Assembly: GCA_033442325.1 (NCBI GenBank)
Contig: JAWQFM010000017.1
Location: 803,639-867,638 of the forward strand
Length of the DNA: 64,000 bases
Direction: 5' to 3'
Source: Salpingoeca rosetta
Taxonomy: Eukaryota; Protista; Choanoflagellata
Below the pieces are notes generated by a model. It was given only the letters and a program-made list of their open reading frames with translations. It searched no databases and was not told the origin of the DNA. The position numbers were made by a program, and so were the translations under genes. Below, piece by piece: positions 27,211-40,123 of the stretch. Position 1 is the first letter of the stretch. Every line of letters starts with the position of its first letter.

Positions 27211-28665
27211 TGTGGCGGCAGTGACTTGAGGATTTGCCGAGACGTACTTGGCTGCTGCTGTGACTAACTCCTGTGTTGTGACTTGCAAAGCTTGAGTGCT
27301 GGTGGTTCCTGCGTGTCGTTTGCTCGTCTCCTTCCTGCTCCTGTTTCTTCTTCTTCTTAGCCTTGTCTTGCTTGCTTGGTCTACCGTGGTGACGTGAGTT
27401 GGGACAGGTGGGCGGGGATAAGGTCGGTCTTGTTCTCTTGCTGGTTATGCTTGGTTGGGGCTGAGGCCGAATGCTTGCGCCTGCTTGGGCCTTGTTGGTG
27501 TGGTTGCTGTCATGCGAGGTGGATGGTCGAGTTGGAAAATGAAGAAGACATGATGGGCTCTCCATCTCATACATCACCCCCCCCCCATCCGCATGTGTTT
27601 CTGGTATTGTCCACAAAAGCAAAGGCACACGGTGGGCTTGTTTCTCTCTGTCTCTCCTGAGTGGGCCAAGCGAACTGAATGTGTGAGTGGGTGTCTCAGT
27701 GATCATGGCCAATTCCGCTGCGTTCACACTTTCTGCTGTCCATTCTGTGTTCAGAGCTGCTGGCTGGTTTCTTGCGCCTTCTCTGCTGCTGCTGCTGCTG
27801 CTGCTGCTGCTTCGTGCCAGCCACGTTTTCCATTTCTTTCTTCCGCGTTCCCCAAAGGCCGCCCCGTGTGAAACTTAGGCAAAGGCTTGACGGTGATTCG
27901 CGAAACCAACCCCATGTCAGCCTAGCGAAGCAACATGCGTGGGGAATTTGCACTGGTGATGCTGCTGGTGGTGATGCTGGTGGTGGTGATGCACCCCCCA
28001 TCACAAGTTCACGTGGTTCGCAGACATCACACATCACATCACAACCGCCCGCTGCTGGGCAGTGCGCACCGCAACCCACGGCAGGCTGCGGGAAGTTTCT
28101 CTGCGCCTCTTCGGTCGACATTTAGGTATTTGTTGTGTCCACCGCCTCTTCTTGGGTTGATTGGTTTGTTTGTTTTTGTTTGCGTTGCCTACCTCTTGGG
28201 AGCTGTTTGGGTTTGTTGCGCTTGAACGAAGAAAACGGCCAACATCTTCGGCTGCTTGCGTCTCTTTGGATCTGGATGCTTCCGAGCGAGCGAGCGAGCC
28301 ACTTGAATGATGTGTGACAAGCCACGTGCTGCTGCTGCTGCATCTTGCTTGCTTGCTTGCTTGCTGGAAACTGGAAACTAAACGCGCGGTGCAGAAGAAA
28401 CGCTGATGAAAACATTGCAAATCGCACGCTGTTTGAAGAACAGAAATTTAGTGAAAGATGTCTGCAACTCTCCAAATCACACAGTCACGCCAGCCCCGGA
28501 ACGTTCCGAGCCGCGATGCTGCAATGGATGCGGGTGGTGGGTTGGCTGTGCAGTGCTGCAGTGCTCTTGGGCTGGATGGCTCGAAGAGAGAGCCACTTAT
28601 GATTGATTGTCCAGTAGCGTATGTCTCCTTGTCCAAGAGCAAAGAGAAAGGAAGAAGGAAGGAGG

Positions 28666-29173
28666 ATGTCGTCTGCTTCTGAAGAGGGAATTCCTTTGGT
28701 TGGCTTTGGAACCTTCAACGAGTAAGTCAGGCAAGCAGGCAGTGCGTGAGTGTGAGTTTGTGTGTGAGTGTGAGTGCGTGCGTGCGTGTGTGCGTGCGTG
28801 TGTGTGGGAGATAGAGACGAGAGAGAGAGAGAGAGAGTGTGTGTGTGTTGTGTGTGTTGTGTGTGCTGTGTGTGCTGTGTGTGCTGTGTGTGCGTGTGAG
28901 CTTGTGCGTGTGTGTGAGCGAGGATATGATGCTTGCTGCTTGGCTTTGGGTTGCACCCAGGCACGCAGGAGCACTTTGATGTCCTCACCCCCGTACCCCC
29001 GTACCAGTACCCCCCACCCTTCCAGCCTTGTCCTGACATTCACATCCCTCACCCGACAACGCTACGCGAGTGCCACAGGTTCAAGGACGAGGAGCGCGTG
29101 CGGGATGCGGTGAAGCACGCCCTGCGTATTGGGTACCGGCACCTGGACTGCGCTGCGCTGTACGGCAACGAGC

Positions 29174-29227
<54 letters not shown>

Positions 29228-29343
29228 CTGTGTGACTGTGTGTGTGGGGGGGGGACAGTGAAAGAGTGAAAAGCACAGCAGAGGGTAGCGTGCAGCGGAG
29301 GACGAGTTACCACGGTAGTGCTTTGAGTGTTAGATGCATGCAT

Positions 29344-29396
<53 letters not shown>

Positions 29397-30361
29397 CACG
29401 CACACACTCTCTCTTTCTCTCTCAATCTCACTCTCACACACTCTCTTTCTCTCTCAATCTCACTCTCACACACTCTCTTTCTCTCTCAAAGTCACTCTCA
29501 CACTCTCTCACACCCTCACTCTCACTCTCACATATGCACACATGTGCAAACACATGCACACATCCAACACTGCAGGCTGTGGGAGAGGCCATCAAGGCGA
29601 GCGTGGACGATGGCGCTGTGCGGAGAAACGAGGTGTACGTGGCCAGCAAACTGTGGAACAACCGGCACCGGCCACACCTGGTTGAGGACGCGTGCGCACA
29701 GAGCATGGCCGACCTTGGCGTGGACCACCTCGACTGCTACATGATGCACTGGCCGTGCCCTTGGACGCCAGAGTCTGCGCTCGTGAGCAAGGAGCTTGGC
29801 GGCAACTTCAAGTACGAACACGACATGGAGGTGAAGCTGGAGGACACGTGGAAGGCCATGGAACAGCTGTACCTGGACAAGAAGGTGCGGCATATCGGCG
29901 TGTCCAACTTCAGCATCCGGCAGCTGCAGGAGCTCATGGACGTGGCCAGCATCAAGCCCGCCGTCAACGAGGTGGAGCTGCACCCCTACCACCAGAACAC
30001 CAACCTGGTCAAGTTCTGCCAGAACAACGGCATCCACGTCACCGCCTACTCGCCGCTGGGCAAGATTGGCTACCGCAACCCGGGCGACCCGTGCCTGATT
30101 GACGACCCCGTGCTGCAAGATGTGGCCAAGCGCCACGCCAACAAGACGCCCGCGCAGGTGGCGCTCAAGTGGAACGTACAGCGCGGCGTGGGTGTGATCC
30201 CAAAGTCGCTCACACCAAGCAGGATCGAGAGCAACTTCAACCTGGACGACTTTTCGCTCACCGAGCGCGACATGCAGGAGATTGCTAAGCTAAACCGCAA
30301 CCATCGCTTTGTTCGCCCGCCATGGTGGTCGTTCCCAGACGACAAGCACGAGCTGCCATGA
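28666..30361 (+). CDS. Aldo-keto reductase; exons 28666-28721, 29079-29175, 29576-30361
   Basis: IPLVGFGT, GYRHLDCAALYGNE, SKLW, MHWP (D-Y-K-H tetrad intact), IGVSNF, VELHPY, AYSPLG, VIPKS. Confidence 0.95.
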
Positions 30362-30443
30362 GACTGTTTATTTGTGTGTTTGTGTGTGTGAGTGTGTGTG
30401 TGTGTGTGAGTGAGTGCGTGTGCATGCATGCGTGCGTGCGTGC

Positions 30444-30519
<76 letters not shown>

Positions 30520-30899
30520 GTGTGTGTGTGTGTGCGTGTGTGTGTGTGTGTGTGTGAGTGAGTCAGTAGTGAGGGAGTGTTTGTGTGAGTTTTGTCCTCA
30601 CTTGCGCCCTTTCGTGAATTTCTCCTCCCCTTCCCCCTCTTCTCCTGTGCACTCCTCTTCTGCCTTGTCTTCAGCGCCAAGGATGACTTGCACTCAGTGT
30701 GTGTGTCTATGTGTAACCGAACCGAACCAATACACAACGTTGTTTGCAAACGCATCACAGAACGTGCCAGCATGAATGTCGAAAGAGCAGGAACGACATG
30801 TGCATGTCGTCACATGCCTTCGTGTCAGCAATACGGATAAACAGCAGTAAGAAGGGGGGGGGGGAAGGGGAGTGTCAATTATGAGGGAGCATGCGCACA

Positions 30900-32181
30900 T
30901 CAATGAGAGAGGCACTGGTTCACGACTTGAAGCAGGTTTGGGTTTTCCAACGCCGCCGCAACGCGTTCCTTGTCACTCAACTGCTTGTTCACTGCGTTGC
31001 ACCGTTCATGTGTGTGCGTGTGTAGTGAATGAGAGAGTGAGAGAGTGAGAGGCGGAGGAACGGAGGAGGGACAAGAGCGCACACAAATATACAAACGAAC
31101 CAAGACAGGCAGACAGACAGAGAAACAGACAGACACACAGACAGACAGAGAAACAGACAGAGAAACAGACAGACAGACAGACATACACACACAGACAGAC
31201 AGACAGACAGAAACAGACAGAGAAACAGACACACCACACCACAGCACAGCACATCACATCACAGCACAGCACATACAAGCACCCACACCCACACACACAC
31301 CACACACACACACGACAGCGTACCTTGGTCACGCGATACGTGTGAGCCAGGGAAGATTTCCACGTCCACTTTGAAGCGACGTGGCAACGAACGAAGCAAG
31401 CGCACACGAATGCACAGGCCAATCAGCGTTGCCATGCTGCAATGGGGGATGGTCGGTGTAAATTGCACACGCACAGCGTTGCCGGTGTCGTCCACGTCAA
31501 TCTGGTCTGTGATTGCATGCGTGCGAGTGTGTGTGTGTGTGTGTGTGGGGAGGGGNNNNNNNNNNNNNNNNNNNNNNNNNNNNNNNNNNNNNNNNNNNNN
31601 NNNNNNNNNNNNNNNNNNNNNNNNNNNNNNNNNNNNNNNNNNNNNNNNNNNNNNNNNNNNNNNNNNNNNNNNNNNNNNNNNNNNNNNNNNNNNNNNNNNN
31701 NNNNNNNNNNNNNNNNNNNNNNNNNNNNNNNNNNNNNNNNNNNNNNNNNNNNNNNNNNNNNNNNNNNNNNNNNNNNNNNNNNNNNNNNNNNNNNNNNNNN
31801 NNNNNNNNNNNNNNNNNNNNNNNNNNNNNNNNNNNNNNNNNNNNNNNNNNNNNNNNNNNNNNNNNNNNNNNNNNNNNNNNNNNNNNNNNNNNNNNNNNNN
31901 NNNNNNNNNNNNNNNNNNNNNNNNNNNNNNNNNNNNNNNNNNNNNNNNNNNNNNNNNNNNNNNNNNNNNNNNNNNNNNNNNNNNNNNNNNNNNNNNNNNN
32001 NNNNNNNNNNNNNNNNNNNNNNNNNNNNNNNNNNNNNNNNNNNNNNNNNNNNNNNNNNNNNNNNNNNNNNNNNNNNNNNNNNNNNNNNNNNNNNNNNNNN
32101 NNNNNNNNNNNNNNNNNNNNNNNNNNNNNNNNNNNNNNNNNNNNNNNNNNNNNNNNNNNNNNNNNNNNNNNNNNNNNNNNN

Positions 32182-32235
<54 letters not shown>

Positions 32236-34243
32236 GCACGCACGCACGCATAAATCAGGTCTATGGCCCATGTGCATGAGGAGTGCCTGCTCCGCTGGGT
32301 GGACGAGCTCGACAGCAAGCCTTCCGATGGCGGCCGGTCCCCTCTCCTGTGTCCGCAGTGTGGTCGCCGCTACGCCATTGAACTGCCGCGCCCAGGCATC
32401 TTCTTGTCCCTGGGCAAGTTCTGCAGCCGCTTCTGCACGGAGGCCACCCCAATCATGGCCATGTTCGGCTTCTGCATGTGCTTGTGGTCCGGGCTTGCCC
32501 TGTACGGGGGTCTCGTCTACAGCACCACCTGCCGCATCCCGCTGCGCGCCATGATGACGTACAACTCGCCCAAGCGCCTCTTTGCGCTCCTGCCCATCAT
32601 CCCGCTCACCCTCGTGGGTGCCCACACCATCGCCCAGGTCCGCCTCCACGTCACCATCTCCACGCACGGCGTGTGGAACATTCACGTCATGCCTGCCGGC
32701 GCCCTTGCTGCCCGTCGCCGCCGCCGGCAACAACAGCAGCAACAACAACAGCAACAACAACAGCAACAACAGCAGGAACGACAACAGGAACAGCGACAGC
32801 GCGACCGCCATGATATTGTCGCCACTCTGATGCAGAATCGCCGCGTGCTTGCGCAGCACCAAGAACACCAACAACGGCCACAGCAACAAGAGCGACAACA
32901 GGCATCGGCACAGGCACAGGAGCAGCAGCAACTCGACATCAACGCTCTCCCTTACCACCACCGCCGTCACCTCCAACAGCAGCAGCAGCAGCAGCAGATG
33001 GAGGCAGATGCACATGTGCGTATGTGGGCTGCAGCAGCCCATCCCCATCGCGCCAACGTCAACAGCACCAGCAGTGCCGGTAGTGGCAGCGGCGATGGTG
33101 TTGCCCGCGCAATGGACGCACGCGTGCAGGAACGCCTGCGAGAGCTGAGACGCTTGGAAGCCGAATATGCGGCTCGCACATTCACCCAGCAACAGCAACA
33201 GGAGCAGCAGCAGGAGCAGCAGCAACAGGGCGGTGAGTTTGCACGCACCCACCGCGCCAGTGCTGCTGGTGACATGCGCGATGATGGTGATGGTGCAGGT
33301 CGTGAAATCCGCCACGCGGCCTACCTTGACGATGACGAAAGCGAGGAGGAAGAGCGGGCGATGTTTGGTGATGGGCAGGGAGGTGGACGCGCGGTCCGCT
33401 TCGCCTCTGTCATGACAACGAGGAACGGGCACGCAACAAATCGCAGTTCCCACAGCAGCACTCGCGAACGCGAAGGCGACCAAGGCGAGGGGCATGAGGC
33501 GTGGTGGAGCGAGGATGTGGCTGAGCCAGAGAGAAGTCGGCATCACCAGCAGCAACATGGGCAGCAACAGCAATATGAGCATCAGCGTCCGCAGCGTCAA
33601 CAGCAGCAGCACCACCACCACCAGCAGCAGCAGCGGCAGCAGCAGCACCGTCATCATTACATCGACCACTTTCACCACGTTGTTGGCGAGGCACAGCGTG
33701 GCCGGGACCAACCAGGTGAATTGCGCCACGACCAACTGCAGGTGGAGGACTTGATGGACAACTATCGCGAAGGGTTTTCGTACAGTGTGGGCGCATTTGG
33801 CTTTCACGAGTATGCAGATGGCAGTGACGGCGATGACGGAGATGATGAGCACCATATGGACTATGATGGTGCGTTTGGCGATGGGGTTGCGGGTGGCCAC
33901 AATGACGGCCGCGGTGACCACCGCCGCCGCATGGGGGCAATGGAGGAACACTATCACCTGGACAGGCTACACAATGTTGGAGACGAAGACTCAGATGACG
34001 CTGATGAGGATGATGAGGATGATGATGACGACGATGATGATGTGTTTGAGGATGAGGATGTGTTGTGGGAGATTGAAGACGAACTATACCCACACCGCCA
34101 GCTCCGCCCCTTTGATTTTCTTCAGATTGTCATTGGCAGTCTCACCCTCCCCTTCATCTCCACATTCGTTGGCCGCCTGTTCTTCTCAAAGCCAACGCGT
34201 CACCCGCTCGAATGCGTCTTCCTTGGCGGTCAGTTGTGTGTGC

Positions 34244-34330
<87 letters not shown>

Positions 34331-34749
34331 CCTGCCTGTCTGTCTGTCTGTCTGTCTATCCACAGACCTACCCCCTTTTCGTCCCTTCCCTCATAACCCG
34401 CGACTTGTGCTGCCCTCCCATCATCCTCCCCNNNNNNNNNNNNNNNNNNNNNNNNNNNNNNNNNNNNNNNNNNNNNNNNNNNNNNNNNNNNNNNNNNNNN
34501 NNNNNNNNNNNNNNNNNNNNNNNNNNNNNNNTGATTCGCATCTATTGTATATGCGTCACTTCCTACACTCTGTCTTCTATTTTTTTTTTGTTTTTTTATT
34601 CTGTTTTCTTTTGCAGTGCTTGTCCTCATCTTGTATCAAATACCACCATTTCACACGCACACACACACACACACGTACACACACGCATGCACACACACAC
34701 ATGCACACACACACACACACACACACGCATATGCACACACACACACGCA

Positions 34750-34814
<65 letters not shown>

Positions 34815-35006
34815 CACGCCAAGCTTACTCATTTGAACGACGTTGAGCTCCTCCAAGGTGTGTGGGTGTTCTGGGTCGTTGATGTCTCGAATGAGGTCAA
34901 ACACCTCCCGAGCATCAAAGGCGTCCACGACATCATCGTCATAGTCAGTCGCGCAAGGTGCACGGGCTTCCGCCTGCTTGTGCAGCTGTGGCGCAGCGTT
35001 CTCCAT
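30900..35006 (-). CDS. CIAO2B: Cytosolic iron-sulfur assembly component CIAO2B/FAM96B (MIP18); exons 35006-34829, 31506-31324, 30991-30900
   Basis: [73 protein letters not shown]. Exon phases are compatible. Intron 1 is inflated by gaps and a misplaced contig. Confidence 0.93.
32182..34431 (+). other. Gap-flanked near-identical duplicate of MARCH5-like exon 3 (offset 3452 bp); probable assembly artefact
   Basis: Translation matches 35715-37680. Bounded by N-runs on both sides. Lacks exons 1-2. Acceptor region is 2 nt shorter (taaatcaggtct vs taaatcaagggtct). Confidence 0.8.
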
Positions 35007-35121
35007 CTTCGCCTGTCGCCTGTCGCCTGCCTCGGTGTGGAAAAAATACACCTTGTCGTGTCGTTCTGCGTGTTTGCATTTCCAAGCCAGCCAGCCAGCC
35101 AGCAACTTCCACACCCTCTTG
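35007..35121. promoter_or_regulatory. Very short putative bidirectional promoter between CIAO2B and MARCH5-like
   Basis: Divergent ATGs at 35006 (-) and 35122 (+), 115 bp between them. Confidence 0.6.
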
Positions 35122-35597
35122 ATGATGGCGAGACAATGTCGCATCTGCCTCGGTGAGTGGGTCCCACCACAAGTACGGCTGTGCCACAGCCATGCGGTAC
35201 ATTGGCTGCTATCTGATCGTGTTGTCCTTGTTTACCGTCTGCTTTTGCCTTGCGTTTTGGTTTTGGTACATGCACATCATTTGCATGCACGTCCTTCTGC
35301 TTGTGTTTGCATTTCTCGATGTGACACACCCATGTTGTTGTCATTGCTGTCGTTGTCCGTTGCAGCGACGGAGGAGGAGGAGCCCAACATGCGCCTCGTG
35401 TCTCCTTGTGGATGCAAAGGTACATGTGTGCGCGCGTGTGTGTGGTTGTGTGTGTGGGCACACGCTTTGTTTTCTCTGTTGCTTGTTGCAGCATATCTGT
35501 TTGATGTATCTTGCCGCCAGAACCACAAGCACACACGCACAAGCATGCACGCATGCACGTGAGCCGTCCCTTTATCCACTTTTCTTTGCGCCTGCCC

Positions 35598-35685
<88 letters not shown>

Positions 35686-37680
35686 GCACGCACGCACGCA
35701 TAAATCAAGGGTCTATGGCCCATGTGCATGAGGAGTGCCTGCTCCGCTGGGTGGACGAGCTCGACAGCAAGCCTTCCGATGGCGGCCGGTCCCCTCTCCT
35801 GTGTCCGCAGTGTGGTCGCCGCTACGCCATTGAACTGCCGCGCCCAGGCATCTTCTTGTCCCTGGGCAAGTTCTGCAGCCGCTTCTGCACGGAGGCCACC
35901 CCAATCATGGCCATGTTCGGCTTCTGCATGTGCTTGTGGTCCGGGCTTGCCCTGTACGGGGGTCTCGTCTACAGCACCACCTGCCGCATCCCGCTGCGCG
36001 CCATGATGACGTACAACTCGCCCAAGCGCCTCTTTGCGCTCCTGCCCATCATCCCGCTCACCCTCGTGGGTGCCCACACCATCGCCCAGGTCCGCCTCCA
36101 CGTCACCATCTCCACGCACGGCGTGTGGAACATTCACGTCATGCCTGCCGGCGCCCTTGCTGCCCGTCGCCGCCGCCGGCAACAACAGCAGCAACAACAA
36201 CAGCAACAACAACAGCAACAACAGCAGGAACGACAACAGGAACAGCGACAGCGCGACCGCCATGATATTGTCGCCACTCTGATGCAGAATCGCCGCGTGC
36301 TTGCGCAGCACCAAGAACACCAACAACGGCCACAGCAACAAGAGCGACAACAGGCATCGGCACAGGCACAGGAGCAGCAGCAACTCGACATCAACGCTCT
36401 CCCTTACCACCACCGCCGTCACCTCCAACAGCAGCAGCAGCAGCAGCAGATGGAGGCAGATGCACATGTGCGTATGTGGGCTGCAGCAGCCCATCCCCAT
36501 CGCGCCAACGTCAACAGCACCAGCAGTGCCGGTAGTGGCAGCGGCGATGGTGTTGCCCGCGCAATGGACGCACGCGTGCAGGAACGCCTGCGAGAGCTGA
36601 GACGCTTGGAAGCCGAATATGCGGCTCGCACATTCACCCAGCAACAGCAACAGGAGCAGCAGCAGGAGCAGCAGCAACAGGGCGGTGAGTTTGCACGCAC
36701 CCACCGCGCCAGTGCTGCTGGTGACATGCGCGATGATGGTGATGGTGCAGGTCGTGAAATCCGCCACGCGGCCTACCTTGACGATGACGAAAGCGAGGAG
36801 GAAGAGCGGGCGATGTTTGGTGATGGGCAGGGAGGTGGACGCGCGGTCCGCTTCGCCTCTGTCATGACAACGAGGAACGGGCACGCAACAAATCGCAGTT
36901 CCCACAGCAGCACTCGCGAACGCGAAGGCGACCAAGGCGAGGGGCATGAGGCGTGGTGGAGCGAGGATGTGGCTGAGCCAGAGAGAAGTCGGCATCACCA
37001 GCAGCAACATGGGCAGCAACAGCAATATGAGCATCAGCGTCCGCAGCGTCAACAGCAGCAGCACCACCACCACCAGCAGCAGCAGCGGCAGCAGCAGCAC
37101 CGTCATCATTACATCGACCACTTTCACCACGTTGTTGGCGAGGCACAGCGTGGCCGGGACCAACCAGGTGAATTGCGCCACGACCAACTGCAGGTGGAGG
37201 ACTTGATGGACAACTATCGCGAAGGGTTTTCGTACAGTGTGGGCGCATTTGGCTTTCACGAGTATGCAGATGGCAGTGACGGCGATGACGGAGATGATGA
37301 GCACCATATGGACTATGATGGTGCGTTTGGCGATGGGGTTGCGGGTGGCCACAATGACGGCCGCGGTGACCACCGCCGCCGCATGGGGGCAATGGAGGAA
37401 CACTATCACCTGGACAGGCTACACAATGTTGGAGACGAAGACTCAGATGACGCTGATGAGGATGATGAGGATGATGATGACGACGATGATGATGTGTTTG
37501 AGGATGAGGATGTGTTGTGGGAGATTGAAGACGAACTATACCCACACCGCCAGCTCCGCCCCTTTGATTTTCTTCAGATTGTCATTGGCAGTCTCACCCT
37601 CCCCTTCATCTCCACATTCGTTGGCCGCCTGTTCTTCTCAAAGCCAACGCGTCACCCGCTCGAATGCGTCTTCCTTGGCG
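35122..37680 (+). CDS. MARCHF5: MARCH5/MITOL-like RING-CH E3 ubiquitin ligase; exons 35122-35152, 35366-35419, 35710-37680; 3' end missing
   Basis: [40 protein letters not shown]...CPQC (C4HC3). TM segments ..WSGLALYG.. and [35 protein letters not shown] resembles MARCH5 TM3 and the start of TM4. Confidence 0.82.
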
Positions 37681-37695
37681 GTCAGTTGTGTGTGC

Positions 37696-37830
<135 letters not shown>

Positions 37831-37831
37831 C

Positions 37832-38079
37832 GTGATCGCACAAAAGGAGCACGGCTGCATTGAAAAGAGACGAGACAATACACCCTGCTTCTTACCGGCA
37901 CGCGCTGCCCATTCTGCAAGTAGATGAACTGTTGGTGCGGCAGCAGCACCCCGAGCGCATCAGATCTATCCGCACGACAACAACAAGAAGACACGCGTTG
38001 ATGAGCCCAGTGATTGCACGCGTGTGAGTACAAGTCAGGCGGCAATAAACAATTGAACCACACGACGCACACACACAGA

Positions 38080-38137
<58 letters not shown>

Positions 38138-38366
38138 ACACACACACATACACACACACACACACACTGCACTGATCGCCTGACCGGATTGGGCGCCAGC
38201 CTGCATACAGCTCATCGCAATGGCGCAGCAGCGTCGTGTTCCTCGCAGCCTCACACGCAAGCGGTCCGCCCACAGCAACCAGAAGCACGCCCGCCACCAA
38301 CGCCGCCGCTGATGCCGACACCACGGCACGTCCAGCACCACAGCCTCTCACGATTCTCATCGTCAT
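37832..38366 (-). CDS. 5' part of an uncharacterised secreted or membrane protein, truncated at a microsatellite join
   Basis: ATG 38366, signal-like AAALVAGVLLVAVGGPLACEA. In-frame splice to SDALGVLLPHQQFIYLQNGQRVP (donor gtaaga) and a possible micro-exon PCSFCAIT. No stop exon found. Confidence 0.5.
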
Positions 38367-38754
38367 GGTCGTTGGTTGCCAGTGGCGAAAGGAACAATCA
38401 CAACTGACGCAATTCCTCAAGGCACCACGACACTCCTCTTTTATTTGTTGTCGCGTCGTCATGCACTACTCACCTCAATCCAATGCATGCTCGTGCGCTC
38501 TCTCCTCCTTCCTTCCCCTCGCCACTTTGGCTGCCCCTGTGCGCTTTCGTGTCTTTGTTGATGGTGTTGACGCAATGGGTATCTCTGAGAAGGGTGTGGC
38601 ACACAACAACGCAAAACACACACACACACACACACACACATAAAGGGGAAGCCCAAGATATCTCACGCGAAAGGGATCAGTGCATGCAGTTGAAAAGCAG
38701 GTCATTCACACACACACATACACAATACACATGCACGCATAAATCAGGCGCATC

Positions 38755-38814
<60 letters not shown>

Positions 38815-39079
38815 GCCACAACACGGGAGCGGTGGCAGCTGGGGATGAGAGAGGCGCTAACTGGCTGGAATAAAACACAAAATGGAGCCACACACTCCCA
38901 CACATATGCGCGTGAACAAACCCAAACACACAACACACAAAGAAAGCACTCACACACAAAGCAAGCACTCGCAAACACACACACACATCAACGGCCGTGG
39001 ATTGTCGTGCTTGCAGGCATCCCGAGCCAACAAAGATGGAAAATGCCACGACAGCCACGACTTCTTGACACTGCCTCAG

Positions 39080-39649
39080 CTAACGCTTGGAGAAGACCTT
39101 GAAGAAGCCCTTCTTCTTTGTGGAGGAGGTGGTGCTGCTGGCTGTGCTGCCTGCGTGTGCAGCGCTGTTCCCCTGAGCAGCGGAGGAGGCGGCAGTCGTG
39201 TTGTTGGCGGCCTCAAGCTCCTCCTCAGGCACGGGCGCAATGAAGTTGCCTGGCACATACCCCTGGCGCGCAGACTGGATGTGCTCGCACTGCAATGTAT
39301 GTATGTGTGTGTGTGTGTGTGTGCATGTGCGTACACGGGAGTATGCGAATGCACAAGGGAACATAGTACAGATGACTGGTACTGAAGAAGAAGGAAAGCA
39401 CCACCACCACCACCACCACCACCACCACCACCACCACCACCACCACATGTGCAACGCTTGCACAACCAGGCACACAGACAACAGCGCACCTTGAAGAAGC
39501 CGTCGTCGTCACGAGGCTCAACGACACGCATGAGATCGTGCATGTGGAAAGACAGCTCCTCGGCCTATTTGGAAGATGTTAGCAGACGGGGGTGAAGAGT
39601 CATCACACCAGGCGAATGTGAACAGGATGAAATCAAGAGCATGGTCACG

Positions 39650-39691
<42 letters not shown>

Positions 39692-40085
39692 AACACACGC
39701 ACACAGAGGTTTCACGGCATCGTACAATGTCATCGTTGGGCGAGAGCTCTTCGGGCAAGTAGTCGTAGAGGGCGCGCACGAGCGTGCCAACGCCAACATC
39801 CGCCTGCAGTGCAGCTGGAAAGGCAGAGAAGGGGAGAGAAGGACAGACGAAGAACGGGGGGCAGTCACGTGTCAGTCGTCCTGGTGGGTGCACGGTGCGA
39901 CAAGCCATTCCGACACACACACACACACACACACATACACACACACACACTGCGAGGGTAACTCACTTTCTGGCTCATCCTCGGCCTCCTGCACGTCTGC
40001 GCTGTCGGCCTGGCTCACAAAGTCCGCAGTCTGACCCGCAGGCAAAACCAAACGCAGAGAAATAAGCAGATAAGCATGATCGTGA

Positions 40086-40123
<38 letters not shown>

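Noticed and set aside
32182-34431. Nested MARCH5 paralogue inside the CIAO2B intron as real biology
   Set aside because: Near-identical, gap-bounded and missing exons 1-2; an assembly artefact is far more likely.
31423-37409. Long minus-strand ORFs (844 aa and 710 aa)
   Set aside because: Antisense shadows of the Q-rich MARCH exon, extended through N-runs and repeats.
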